A stretch of 59,467 bases of DNA, the filler included. It is 10 parts of 10 records of this genome, joined end to end, with 100 filler letters (N's around TTAATTAATTAA, not from the genome) between each part and the next. Parts side by side here need not be neighbours in the genome. Positions count along the whole stretch, not along the records: positions 1 to 6,073 come from SRR31147125_141849; positions 6,174 to 11,561 come from SRR31147125_142518; 8 more parts are not named here. One strand, given 5' to 3'. The notes beneath the pieces were generated by a model. That model ran no database searches. It was not told the origin of the DNA and saw nothing but the letters and a program-made list of their open reading frames with translations. Position 1 is the stretch's first letter. Every line of letters starts with the position of its first letter. Positions 1-10,763 of the stretch are shown here, one piece after another. Made by a program: the position numbers and the translations under genes.

Positions 1-1
1 G

Positions 2-2455
2 CCTCTCTCTTTCCTTTTCTTCGAGTCGGGCCTGTCGAAAGTGGTCCTCGTCCGGGAACCCGTGCTGCTGCAGTTTATCCGCGAAAGCTTCTTCAGTCTT
101 CTCAAGTTCACTGCTTCTTCCGGCAATACGCCGTTTCAATGTTTGAATACCGGTTGTTGCCGAGGACAGCTGTTGCTGCAGTTCATTGAGATGCGTTGCA
201 GCTTCTTTCTCGGCTGTTTCTGCGTCACGGGCTGCACGGCTGAGCCTGTTTTCCTCGGTTTCTGGATTTTTGTCCCCGAACAGTGCAGATCTCTCCGTGT
301 GCCACGTATGTAATTCATTTGTGAGATGAGCCTGACCACGCTGGTGTTCGATGAGTATTCCCGTGTGAGTCTCGACTACTGCGTCCAGCCGCTGTCGTTC
401 GCTATCAAAGTGTGTGAGCTCTTTTTCGATATCGTCTTTTGCCTGCATCTCTCCTTCCCAGGCAGACGCCCGTGACTTCAGCAGCGACAGTGTAGACTCG
501 AGGTTTTCTTCTTCGAGCTCGATCTTTGTAGGGGCGAGTGAACATTCAATTTTCTCCCGCTGGCTTGCATATTGTTCGTTGATTTCATCGTTCCTGCGCC
601 GGACTGATGCGAGCACGGTTTCGCCATTTTTTCTATGATGTTCAGCTTCAAAGAGGATTTTTTTCCTTCTGTCCATGCTCGTTCGAGTTATATCAGCTGC
701 CTTCTCACAGGACCTGATGACTTCCTCCTGTCGCTCAGCTTTACCGATGAGAACAGAAATCGAATGGATTCTCCGGTCAGTTTTGTCGGGTGTGGGAACG
801 CTACCAGCAGCATAGGGATGCTCTGTCGCACCACACAGCGGACAGGCCTGGCCGTTTTCCAACCGGCTCCGATGATCCGAGAGTTCGGAAATTTTCATGA
901 GATATGCCCGTTCCCGCAGCAGGTTATCCTTCTCCGCCAGGTACTCCCGCAAAAGGCGTCCATTCAGCAGGGCGTGCAAATTCTCCTGTTCTACAGCGAT
1001 TCTTTCAACCGCTTCGCTGTGATCCCGCTTACATTTTTCATATGCGGCGGTGTGTTTTCGCACCTCACCTGCCGCCTGTTCAAACTTCTTTTCTGCCTTT
1101 CGGCAATCGTCCGTATTGCCTGCAAGCGCTTTTTGTGTTGCCCGGATGTTTTCCAGTTGTTCCTCGATTCCTGCAATCCCGTTTAACAGCCATTGATCTT
1201 CCGCATGTTTTTTAAGATAGGTGGTAGCTGCATCGTGTTTTCGTTCAGCTTCTTTTCGTTTGTTCCGGATAGTTTCCCTGGCATCCGTATTGATTTTTAT
1301 TTTGGCTGTAGTTACTCCGATGGATTGTTCTTTTTCGGATAGTGCACGATTCTGAGCTTCGATCTTCTGGTCGAGAGATCTGATTTTGACGATGAGCGGG
1401 GCGGCTTCTCCCAATGTTTTCCTGGCTGCTGCGGTCGCAGATTCGGCAGTCTGCAGCGTGGTCTTTTGCAGGGCGACCGTCCGTGTCAACTCGGGAATCA
1501 GCACCTGCTCGGTTTCGGCTGTCGCCCGGTCGTCCGATTGCTGGGTACGAATCGCCTCCAGTGCTGCATAATCACCCTCCAGCGCCGCTGCCCTGAGTCC
1601 CCATTTCAGCCGCGAACGCCCAGTTTTAAACGCGTCAGCTTCCCCTTGCAGGGTCAGTGCTTCACCCGAGAGGATCTTGATATCTTTTTCCAGGTTTTCT
1701 ATACCTGTCAGCCACGCGAGAGCGCCTTCCCTCTCGGCTATCTGCACGGCAAGGGCCTTTTCTTCTTTACGTTTTACGGCGAGTGTCTGCCGGAGACGTT
1801 CTTCATTTTCGGTGTCCAGGATCTCGATTGCGGCAGTCTCTGTCCTCAATCGTTCTCGTTTTGCCTGTTCGTCCCGCTGTCGCTCATGGACGCGGCGTGA
1901 GATATCGGAATAGATTTCGGTGCCGGTGATCTGTTCGAGAATCCGTGACTTCTGCTCTGCATCTGCTTTCAGAAACGTATCGAATCCACCCTGGGCGAGC
2001 AGGATCGATCGGGTGAATCGGTCGAAATCCATGCCCGTCTTCTGCTCGATTACCCCGGTGACGAGGCTCCTCTTGGTCTCGATGGGCGTTCCGGTTGCAT
2101 CATCAACAATCTGGTGCTCCGGAAACTGCAGTGCGCCGGTTGGTTTTTTCCGGGCTCTTCGTTGTTCCCAGCGACAGCGGAACCGGCCGAACTGGGATAC
2201 GAAGAGTACCTCGGCAGAACATTCCCCGGTCTGGCGGGACATGATCTGGTTTCCGCTTTTGGTGATCTTTCCCAGTCGGGGAGTTGTTCCGTACAGGGCC
2301 AGACAGATTGCATCGAGGATGGTTGATTTACCGGACCCGGTCGGCCCGGTCATTGCGAATATGCCGTCAGAGACATATTCCGGTGCGGTAAAGTCGATGC
2401 ACCATTCCCCATAAAGCGAGTTGAGATTTTTAAATCTGAGTTCGAGTATTTTCAT
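2..2455 (-). CDS. sbcC: SbcC/Rad50-like SMC ATPase, 3'-truncated at the window edge
   Basis: Not in the ORF track, presumably because it has no stop inside the window. Manual translation from ATG 2455 gives MKILELRFKNLNSLYGEW..., Walker A GPTGSGKST and LLAQGGFDTFL. The same frame gives the zinc hook CPLC at 833-844 and coiled-coil sequence at the edge. Lies directly downstream of sbcD. Confidence 0.95.
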   Translation of the reverse strand, partial: MKILELRFKNLNSLYGEWCIDFTAPEYVSDGIFAMTGPTGSGKSTILDAICLALYGTTPRLGKITKSGNQIMSRQTGECSAEVLFVSQFGRFRCRWEQRRARKKPTGALQFPEHQIVDDATGTPIETKRSLVTGVIEQKTGMDFDRFTRSILLAQGGFDTFLKADAEQKSRILEQITGTEIYSDISRRVHERQRDEQAKRERLRTETAAIEILDTENEERLRQTLAVKRKEEKALAVQIAEREGALAWLTGIENLEKDIKILSGEALTLQGEADAFKTGRSRLKWGLRAAALEGDYAALEAIRTQQSDDRATAETEQVLIPELTRTVALQKTTLQTAESATAAARKTLGEAAPLIVKIRSLDQKIEAQNRALSEKEQSIGVTTAKIKINTDARETIRNKRKEAERKHDAATTYLKKHAEDQWLLNGIAGIEEQLENIRATQKALAGNTDDCRKAEKKFEQAAGEVRKHTAAYEKCKRDHSEAVERIAVEQENLHALLNGRLLREYLAEKDNLLRERAYLMKISELSDHRSRLENGQACPLCGATEHPYAAGSVPTPDKTDRRIHSISVLIGKAERQEEVIRSCEKAADITRTSMDRRKKILFEAEHHRKNGETVLASVRRRNDEINEQYASQREKIECSLAPTKIELEEENLESTLSLLKSRASAWEGEMQAKDDIEKELTHFDSERQRLDAVVETHTGILIEHQRGQAHLTNELHTWHTERSALFGDKNPETEENRLSRAARDAETAEKEAATHLNELQQQLSSATTGIQTLKRRIAGRSSELEKTEEAFADKLQQHGFPDEDHFRQARLEEKERER

Positions 2456-2480
2456 GTTTTGCGATTATGGAGTGACACCA

Positions 2481-3743
2481 CTACTCCGCGTTGTGATCGT
2501 GTTCAAACATTTCAGTAACGATTTCATCATAAGACGTAAGCAACTCTTCTTTTTCCTGGCCTGTTACCTCGACCGTATCAAGACAGCGGGTAAAAACGTC
2601 CCGGTGATCCAGTTCGCTGAGGAGTTCGCTTTTGTCGCCGGCTTTGATCACGCGGTTGATGACTCGTTGATTTTTGATTCTCCGGATCTCCATCGTTGAT
2701 TCAGCCAGGGCCTCGTCAAGTCTTTCCCGCAGGTCGGTGATGATTTCGGCACCGCTGTAGTCGATTTCGAGCCATGCGCTGCTTTTTTCCCTGCGCAGAC
2801 TGTCGATGTCGGACAGAATATCTTCAAGGGTGCCACCAACTCGAACCAGCTGTTGAAAGGATGGGATCGGGATGTTTCTGATTTTCGGATGATCTTCACA
2901 GAACTCGATGACCACTACCTGCTTCTGCTGTTCAGCCTCGCCGAAGCCCATTGGCAGCGGCGACCCGGAATAGCGGATGTGGTCGGTTCCCGCGACGTTC
3001 TGAGGAACGTGCAGGTGTCCCAGTGCAACGTAGTCGAGCGATGAGGGAAACGCATCGCTGCCGACACGAGCCAGGGAACCGACGTAGAGTTCGCGGACCC
3101 CGTCGCCGTCGACAGTTGCGCCGCCCGCCGCGAAAAGGTGCCCCATTGCCAGTATCGGAATGGGCCCATGGTGCCCGGCCTGATCCAGCAGTTCGTTACG
3201 TCTCCTTTCGGCACACGCAACAACAGATGCGTAATGTGCCTTGAGGCCCGCCACCAGTTTCCTGTTTTTGTCATCGATCGTCTCTCCCGGCTCCACCGTC
3301 CTGACGTCGCGGTCGCGGAGATACGGGACTGCACACACGACGGCTGTGTGCCTCGGGGCCGGAATGTTCCTGCCGGAGATGCATAGAGGAATTACTTCAT
3401 CATCCGGTGAAGCACCGGCAGCTCCAACCACATGGACATTGAGCGATTTAAGCAGCTCTCCGGGAGCGCTCAGAAATGACGGAGAATCGTGGTTACCCGC
3501 AACGACTACAACATGCTGGCAGCAGGATTCGGCAATGCGTCCGAGAAACCGGTAGTAGAGCTCCTGTGCTCGATTGCTCGGGGTTGTGGTATCGAAGACA
3601 TCGCCGGCAACCAGCAGCACATCTATGGCCTCGTCTTCCAGGGTCTGAATCAACCAGTCGAGGAATGCAGAAAATTCTTTGTAGCGCTTTTTTCCATATA
3701 GCGAACGTCCTAAATGCCAGTCGGATGTGTGTAGTGCTCTCAT
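2481..3743 (-). CDS. sbcD: SbcD/Mre11-like nuclease subunit
   Basis: Metallophosphoesterase motifs HTSDWHLG, AGDVFD, AGNHDS, GHLF, ALGHLH and YSGSP; adjacent to sbcC. Confidence 0.96.
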   Translation of the reverse strand: MRALHTSDWHLGRSLYGKKRYKEFSAFLDWLIQTLEDEAIDVLLVAGDVFDTTTPSNRAQELYYRFLGRIAESCCQHVVVVAGNHDSPSFLSAPGELLKSLNVHVVGAAGASPDDEVIPLCISGRNIPAPRHTAVVCAVPYLRDRDVRTVEPGETIDDKNRKLVAGLKAHYASVVACAERRRNELLDQAGHHGPIPILAMGHLFAAGGATVDGDGVRELYVGSLARVGSDAFPSSLDYVALGHLHVPQNVAGTDHIRYSGSPLPMGFGEAEQQKQVVVIEFCEDHPKIRNIPIPSFQQLVRVGGTLEDILSDIDSLRREKSSAWLEIDYSGAEIITDLRERLDEALAESTMEIRRIKNQRVINRVIKAGDKSELLSELDHRDVFTRCLDTVEVTGQEKEELLTSYDEIVTEMFEHDHNAE

Positions 3744-4148
3744 TGGATCTTTCCTGTATCGACGGGACGGCGGGGGAGGTCAATGTGCGCTCAGTTCAAC
3801 TCGTGACAAAACATGTCGTGCCGTTACCGTTATCGCCTGTAGGTATTCCGTTATTTTGTCTGGAATATGATCGGCTCTGTTGGATCCTCATCTGTATTTG
3901 TCAAGGTATCAACGTCTGCTCAGAATAGACATAATCAATTGATTTGTGCAAAATAAAAGTGATGCAGCCAATGACGAGCAGGCCAATAATCCAGTGTACA
4001 GAGTTGCCGGTGTGTGGCAAACGATATAGTTAAATAGTCCTTATACCTTGAATTTCACAGGATCACAGGTAAAATCAGGTGATACAGAGGGATTCAAGCC
4101 GGTCAACGGAGCACCTGAGCTGACTATCAGATAAAATCAGGAGGAGCT

Positions 4149-4856
4149 ATGATTGTTCAGACTATGAAAATCCTCACCGTTGTACTCTCGTTCACTCTGA
4201 TGTTTTCAGCTTCCGGGACAGCCGGGGACGAGGAACTCACGCTCTGTGGGATACAAGGTTCAAGAAATCACTCCATCTGCTTTTCAATTCTTACAGAGGC
4301 GTACGGCAGGCTGGGCTTGTCCGTCAGCGAGTTGCCGATGCCATCCAAGCGATCTCTCGTTCAGTCGAGCAGCGGATTCTGCGATGGTGAGGTGCAGCGT
4401 ATTGCAAGAATCGGGGAGCTTTACCCGAGCCTGTTGATGGTTCCGGAACCGCTTATCACCCTGGAAAGCTACGCATTTATTGTCGATCCCGCTGTTTCGG
4501 TCAGGAGCGTGGATGATCTTTCGAAGTATGTTATCGGAATTCCGCGCGGAATTGTAAATCTGGAGAAAATGACTGAGGGGCTGAACAGGATCTTTGTCAA
4601 AGATCACAATCAGCTCATGACAGTTCTGGAGAACGGAAGGGTCGACCTGGTGATCACGTCGAAAACATTTGGCATGGACTACTTCAAAAACGATCCCGAC
4701 ACGAATATAACGATGGTGGAGCCACCGCTTACCGTTAAACCCCTCTATCACTTTCTGCACAGTACCCACAAAGACCTGATTCCCCGAATAACTGAGGTGA
4801 TAAAGGAAATGAAAACAGACGGCAGTCTTGCGCAGATCATTAACTCGGCAGATTGA
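4149..4856 (+). CDS. Periplasmic solute-binding protein (family 3-like)
   Basis: Signal peptide, AGGAGG RBS, and GRVDLVI / PLYHFLH...L...IKEMKTDG patterns typical of this family. Confidence 0.8.
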   Translation: MIVQTMKILTVVLSFTLMFSASGTAGDEELTLCGIQGSRNHSICFSILTEAYGRLGLSVSELPMPSKRSLVQSSSGFCDGEVQRIARIGELYPSLLMVPEPLITLESYAFIVDPAVSVRSVDDLSKYVIGIPRGIVNLEKMTEGLNRIFVKDHNQLMTVLENGRVDLVITSKTFGMDYFKNDPDTNITMVEPPLTVKPLYHFLHSTHKDLIPRITEVIKEMKTDGSLAQIINSAD

Positions 4857-4890
4857 CGATTCGCACGTTGATTTCATACCTATCACATTG

Positions 4891-6073
4891 ATGAAAAACC
4901 GACTGGCCAGTCATATCTTCGTATATTTTCTTGTGGCGCTTTTCTTTGTGTCACTACTGACGGCAGTGACACAGATGATCGTTCAGCATCGCAAAATGGT
5001 CGATTCGATGCAGTCGCGTGTGGATTATATCAGAAACAGTTATGTCGATATCGTCAGTTTGAGCCTGTACACCCTGGATGAGGAATATCTCGCCATCTGT
5101 TTAAACAGTCTGCTCAATGTCGAGTATGTGCGTCGAGTTGCAATTATTGAAAAAGGTGAGAAGGGAGGGCGACGCTACGAGATTGGCGCTGCCGCCGTTA
5201 AGGGTGAGGCTGCAGAAGTCTTCACGCTTGAATATCACATACCGGGAAAGGGGGATGTGACATTCGGTGAACTAGAAATTGTTTTCGACCGGGAAAAAAT
5301 TGTCCGGGAGATTTTCTGGTCTGGTCTTTCCAGTTTCCTGACTATTATGGTCCTTATTCTGCTGTCCTTTTTAGGGTTGTTTTACCTTTTCCACCGGAAG
5401 ATTACTGCCCGCCTGTCCCGCTTGACCACGTACTCCGACAAAGCCGGTCTGGACACAACCGCATCGCCTGATTTCCTCAATGGGAGGACAGGGGAAAGCA
5501 GCGCAATGGATGAGATCGATCAATTGGCGCATTCACTGAACGACATGCGGATCAGGCTGTCACAGGATGTGATCCTGCTCAAGGAAAGAGAGAAGGAGCT
5601 GACCAGCAAGACCAGAGACCTGCAGATCTATGAACAAATTATTTCCGCCAGTGAGGATCTGATGTCTTTTATCGACACCGATTACCGCTACCGGGCAGTC
5701 AACAGGTCCTATGAAACACATTACTGTACGACCAGGGAGAGTATCATCGGTAAGTCGATTCCGGAGTTGCTGGGGGCGGAAAATTTCGAGACTAAGGTCA
5801 AGAAAAATTTGGATAATGCACTTGCTGGGGAGAACGTCCACTTTACCGAGTGGTTTACATATATAGACGGGGCTTCTCGTTTTATGGATATTAAATACTA
5901 CCCGGTGAGAAATTCAGGAAATGATGTCGAGGGTGTCGTGGCCTGTGTTCGTGACTTAACCGGGTTCAAGGAGGCGGAAAACGAACGGGATCGATTACGG
6001 GAGCAGTTGTTTCATGGGCAGAAAATGGAATCAATTGGTACTCTGGCAGGAGGGATCGCCCACGATTTCAACA
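4891..6073 (+). CDS. Membrane sensor histidine kinase (2 TM, HAMP-like, PAS, HisKA), 3'-truncated
   Basis: Two hydrophobic helices, DEIDQLAHSLN HAMP-like segment, PAS domain, H-box ESIGTLAGGIAHDFN at the contig end. Start set at ATG 4891. Confidence 0.9.
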
Positions 6074-6173
6074 NNNNNNNNNNNNNNNNNNNNNNNNNNN
6101 NNNNNNNNNNNNNNNNNTTAATTAATTAANNNNNNNNNNNNNNNNNNNNNNNNNNNNNNNNNNNNNNNNNNNN
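6074..6173. other. Artificial contig spacer N44-TTAATTAATTAA-N44
   Basis: Identical 100-nt spacer with stops in all six frames; recurs nine times in the window. Confidence 0.99.
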
Positions 6174-6212
6174 AATTCGCCGGACTCTGTCAGACGGATG
6201 ATTCGGTTATGA

Positions 6213-6677
6213 TCAGACCTTGAGGCCTTTTTTCGCGACGAGTTTCTCCAACTTGTAGAGAAACTGCGTGCGGTCGATCGGTTTGACGATGTAGTCATCC
6301 GCACCGGCTTCCAGAAGCGATTTAACGGTATCAGCCGTATTGTCCGAAGTACACATCACGACAACAGAATCGGGATTATGGCCTTTGATGGTACCAAGCG
6401 CTTCCAGTCCCGAGATTCCCGGCATGTGCATGTCCAGGATGACCAGCCGGGGCTTCAGATTCCGAAACTCAAGAATACCTTTTCGCCCGTCCTCTGCTTC
6501 GGCAACAACATCAAACTCAACCGAACGAAGCAACTGAACGAGAATGCGACGATCGACAAATTCATCATCGACCACCAATGTCGTGATTCCGCGTCCGGTC
6601 CGGTCCAGCCCGAAGCCGCCTTTTTTCTTTTTCTTTGGACTATCACTTTCGAGGCGCATCATGTCCTCCATGCTCAA
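6213..6677 (-). CDS. Stand-alone CheY-like response regulator
   Basis: Receiver motifs VVDDE, ILDMHMPG, MCTS and YIVKP. The true start may be a slightly later ATG. Confidence 0.9.
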   Translation of the reverse strand: MSMEDMMRLESDSPKKKKKGGFGLDRTGRGITTLVVDDEFVDRRILVQLLRSVEFDVVAEAEDGRKGILEFRNLKPRLVILDMHMPGISGLEALGTIKGHNPDSVVVMCTSDNTADTVKSLLEAGADDYIVKPIDRTQFLYKLEKLVAKKGLKV

Positions 6678-6807
6678 TAAGGCACAAGCTGATTTGGGTC
6701 ATGAACAATTGTATCACAAGCGGTGGGAGGAACGGGAACCTGTGCACGGTTGGAGAATCACGTCGAATCCCCGAACCGGCATAGGCGGCAATTCAGTCCC
6801 TGCCCGT

Positions 6808-7893
6808 TCAGTCGACGAGCGGCTGCAATTCCGGCATGACCCATTCACCGTTGAAATAGGCTTCCGTGGGTTCGTAGATCCGCAGAGCCAGATTCCAATC
6901 CTCAAAAATGTCCATATAGTTCACAGCGTTCCTGTCACCGCCGAAATGGATCGTGATGGAACCATCGGAATCGGTTACGGCGAACTGACTGTTGATATTG
7001 TAAACGTCGCCTTGCGGATAGCCCTCGGCATCGTAGACCGTAACAGACCAGAAAGCGGAGGTGGGAACGTCCTTGAGAATGAGAGTCTGCGGCTCAGTAC
7101 TGTCGGCGTAGATAGACGGATAGACCGCACGCTCTGCCGTCAGACCGCCCCAGCCCACAGCGGCACCGATATTGTGCTCTTTCAGAGGCACGTCGCCTTT
7201 CTTCCCGAAAATCACCTCTGATGAAACCTGCTCCTCCCTGGCAATCTGCTGATACCCAGCCCGTATAGCCAGTATCTCGTCCATGTCCCAATTGCCTGAC
7301 GGAGTGTAGGAACCCCTGTCTTTCTGCTCCAGTTTCAGCTGGTCCTGCAGGTCGTGGGCCATCGCCATATCATCAGGATCCATTACATTGACCTGAGTAC
7401 GAATCGTGATGTTGACATAGCGACGACCGACGTTTTCCTGGGTAATCGTATAGGTACCGGGCTCAACGAAGGCCATGGGGTTGTAATGCTCATCGGTGAT
7501 GAACCACGCACTCTGATACCGTCCGTTGGTTTCCGGCATGGTCAACACGGCATCCTCAGTCAGGTCCAGGATGGCCGTCGAGTATATCGTGTCGAAATTG
7601 ATGCGCATGATGGTCCGATCCTTCGGATCGGCTCCTTCCCTCAGATGCATGAAAACCCCGACTCCATTGGTATCTGTGGCCTGGGCGATTCTCTGGACAT
7701 AATCGGCAAAGATGACTTCCGATTCCGCCAGACTGTAGTTTTCTTCGGTGACGACCGTCTTCGGTGCGTCACCGGACGCCACCGGATGCATTTCCGGCGC
7801 TTCCGCATCGACCGCACTGCTACAGCCAGCAAGGGCCCACGCCATGACTGCCGTCAGAATGGCCAGGTAATACCTGTTCATCATTTTGTTCAT
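6808..7893 (-). CDS. DUF1254/DUF1214-type lipoprotein
   Basis: Lipobox LAGC; RINFDTIYS...LDL, AVGWGGL, FWSVTVYD and LRIYEP motifs; AAGGAG RBS. Confidence 0.85.
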   Translation of the reverse strand: MNKMMNRYYLAILTAVMAWALAGCSSAVDAEAPEMHPVASGDAPKTVVTEENYSLAESEVIFADYVQRIAQATDTNGVGVFMHLREGADPKDRTIMRINFDTIYSTAILDLTEDAVLTMPETNGRYQSAWFITDEHYNPMAFVEPGTYTITQENVGRRYVNITIRTQVNVMDPDDMAMAHDLQDQLKLEQKDRGSYTPSGNWDMDEILAIRAGYQQIAREEQVSSEVIFGKKGDVPLKEHNIGAAVGWGGLTAERAVYPSIYADSTEPQTLILKDVPTSAFWSVTVYDAEGYPQGDVYNINSQFAVTDSDGSITIHFGGDRNAVNYMDIFEDWNLALRIYEPTEAYFNGEWVMPELQPLVD

Positions 7894-8079
7894 TTTTTTC
7901 TCCTTATGGTCGATCGTTTCTATCTGTATGTTGTCCGCTTCATGCCGTGGCAGCGATCACAGGGAACGGTTCCTTTTTTGCTGGATACGAATGACGCTGG
8001 ATCCGGGTGAACAGCCGATCACCTGATCAGTTACCCCACATCGTCTGATCTGTCGCCGCCGGCGACGGCAAGGTGTCTG

Positions 8080-8865
8080 TCAGCCCCCTTCAGAAGCCGT
8101 CCGAATCGCAGCAACCTCTCGTTTTGCCGCTCTGAGATCAGCCAGGAACTCCTCATCGGCATGAAGCCGGGCGACAGTAGCCGCTCCCATCATTCGGCCG
8201 TTTTCCACGTCGCTCTGCCAGTGAACGTTGCAGATAATCCGACTCTCGCAGAATTCATACCCCCGGGCGAGGATGGCGTCGACCTCCTCGGGTACGATCT
8301 CAGAGAGTATCAACGCCCATCCCCAACCGATGGCCGAATGGCCGGAAGGATAGGAACCGTCCTGCCTCAGGCCGTCTTCTTCATCGGGCGTGCCGATCGG
8401 CTCTCCATTCACCATGAAGGGACGGGCCCTTTGGTAGTGGACTTTAGCAGAGTAGGTGGAAAGGCCGGCGTCGGTCAGGCTTCGGCGCATCAGCATATAC
8501 AGGTACGGGGTCTCTTCCCGGCTGATCTCGAATCCGAGTACGTCGGAGAACCCCCCTGCCGCTTCAGGGAAATGCAGATCCGCGTCCCGGATCGCCAGTT
8601 CCCAGCGCTCGGTTCCTCGGAAGGCGAAACTGGCCTCGGCGATCTCCACATCCCGGGCGAAAGCCGACGACCCTTCGATCGGAGGAGGGGGAATTAGTGC
8701 GAGACTGTCAGGCAGTTCGTCTCCGGCCAGGTAGCCCATTAGATATCCGGGCTGGATTTCCGGTATTTCCGCCGGTTGACCCATGCCCGCACAGCTGCTG
8801 AAAAGGCCGGTGCAGATAAGACAATAGAATAAGATTCGAATCTGCTGAAGCTTCTGGCTGATCAT
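8080..8865 (-). CDS. Class A non-specific acid phosphatase (PAP2 superfamily), lipoprotein
   Basis: All three PAP2 motifs are present: KVHYQRARP, YPSGH and SRIICNVHWQSD; N-terminal lipobox-like FSSC. Confidence 0.92.
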   Translation of the reverse strand: MISQKLQQIRILFYCLICTGLFSSCAGMGQPAEIPEIQPGYLMGYLAGDELPDSLALIPPPPIEGSSAFARDVEIAEASFAFRGTERWELAIRDADLHFPEAAGGFSDVLGFEISREETPYLYMLMRRSLTDAGLSTYSAKVHYQRARPFMVNGEPIGTPDEEDGLRQDGSYPSGHSAIGWGWALILSEIVPEEVDAILARGYEFCESRIICNVHWQSDVENGRMMGAATVARLHADEEFLADLRAAKREVAAIRTASEGG

Positions 8866-9412
8866 GCTGTCTCCTGTCCCGCCGGCCCCCCGGACAACGG
8901 GTCCTACCGGTACCGCTACATATCAAAAGCTCTTTGTGCCGACGACTACTGGATTCGCTTCCGACAGTCGCTCTTCACATCATGCTGCCTTTCAATGTTA
9001 AGCAATATTTATAGTATACTATTATTTTCTTATCAAATGGATTTTCCTCGATATATCCTCGCCACGACAGGATGCGGGCCTGGTGATTCTACCGGTTCTC
9101 CGGGAACGACATCTGTCGTTTCCTGTACCGATGAAAGAGGATCACACCGGCGACCGGGGGCAGAATGCCCCGTCTGACGAAGAACGGGACAACGAAGACT
9201 CAGGCAAAGAACCTGAGAAACGGGATCTAAAGGCCGAGGCGGTAGTCAAAAGAAGAAAGAAGACCGCAGAGCAGTAGGTAGAACGACAGTACAAGGCCGA
9301 CTCTGGGCTACTCCGGCTTGAGCCACAGGCAGTACTCATGAATGTTCAATAGACGTCTCCTGCGCTACAGACCGACTTCTGAATATCCTGACAGAGACTC
9401 TCCCGATGGTCC

Positions 9413-10447
9413 TCAGCCGGCCGGAATGGTAAGAACCGGAGCGACGCGATCCAGGCCCGACCCAGCCATCGTGAACAGCGTGAGCAAATTGGAAAAAACG
9501 ATCTTGGAATGAATGTCGGTATCCTCTATCCAAAACCATCGGTTTCTGTAGGGAACGGCGACAAAACTGTCGTCCGGCCTGCTGCGTCCGGATTTGACAT
9601 TCAATATGGCGCCGGACGGATCATAACCCGGCTTGGCTCGTCCTTCTTCTATCGCCTCGGGATCCACATCGATATCGGCGGCTAGATCGGTGAGAACACT
9701 GTACAGCGACCGTGTCAGAATCGCGATTTCTCCCTCGTCTCCCGGTAACAGTCCGTAGACCATCCGATAGGCCTCCCGGTCCGTCGGTAATCCCAGGAGC
9801 TGTTTCAGCTGTTGTATATCCTCCACTGCTCGTGAAGACGTCTCCTGGGTAATCATCAGAAGTACATCTTCATTGCTGGCCCTGACCTGAAAATCGAGAT
9901 AGCCTTCCGCCTGGATACGTTTGAGCAGGGTGAGAACCTCTTCGAACTCCTGATCGGCCGGACGAATCGTGGTCGCCCTCGCCCGTCGGTTGGAAATACC
10001 GTTGATTTCTTCGCATAATACTCTGAAGGAGGCATCGACAGAGGCTCCGGTCTGCAGCAGTTGGACCAGCAATGCCGGAGAGATCGGTTTCATAACACTT
10101 TCGGCGTACTCATCTCCCACGAGCGGCGCATAGGAGATTGTCGGCTTATCCGCATAGGTACCACTCACGCCCGCGTCGGCGGAAAATGACGGATAGATAT
10201 CCACGCCGCCGTTGATTTTGTATTCAAGCGTGTAGGACTTGATGATGGACTTCACGTCCAGGAACAGCGGCATATCTCCATACCGGATTCGAACGATGTT
10301 CTGGAGCATCTGCACTTTCATGGATTCTGCGATGGCATCCGTGTATTCGGGTTTATCATGTTCAATCGTCCCCGCCCCGAAAGATGTGCAGCCCAGGAGA
10401 ATGGGAATCATCAACAAGATAGTCATCCATCTGCCAACATGCTTCAT
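9413..10447 (-). CDS. Hypothetical lipoprotein
   Basis: 344-aa ORF with lipobox LLGC and GAGGT RBS; no function recognised. Confidence 0.8.
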   Translation of the reverse strand: MKHVGRWMTILLMIPILLGCTSFGAGTIEHDKPEYTDAIAESMKVQMLQNIVRIRYGDMPLFLDVKSIIKSYTLEYKINGGVDIYPSFSADAGVSGTYADKPTISYAPLVGDEYAESVMKPISPALLVQLLQTGASVDASFRVLCEEINGISNRRARATTIRPADQEFEEVLTLLKRIQAEGYLDFQVRASNEDVLLMITQETSSRAVEDIQQLKQLLGLPTDREAYRMVYGLLPGDEGEIAILTRSLYSVLTDLAADIDVDPEAIEEGRAKPGYDPSGAILNVKSGRSRPDDSFVAVPYRNRWFWIEDTDIHSKIVFSNLLTLFTMAGSGLDRVAPVLTIPAG

Positions 10448-10763
10448 TCAGATACCTCTGTTTATCTTAGCATCCGGCATTCGAATTGTCTGCGGCAGTA
10501 TCCGACACCACAAATCGTTCGCGGTTGTGATGGTTCTGTTCGCGATACTCGTGACGTTCTGAGCATTCGACAGAGGTCAAATTACAGGTCGGAATGCCCC
10601 ATGAGTCAGTAACATAGAAAAGATACTGCCCGAAAAGCCGATTGTCATGTGTTGGGGAATACTCCGGCAACAGGCAAGAAAAGGAAGCCTGATCTTCCCG
10701 ACCAGCACGGATCCCCTGCTCGGGACCGGTGATTGTAGAAGCTGCTCCGGTACACAGCTGCGA

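Noticed and set aside
41-2414. Many plus-strand ORFs over the first 2.4 kb
   Set aside because: They are antisense shadows of sbcC, which the track missed because it runs off the window.
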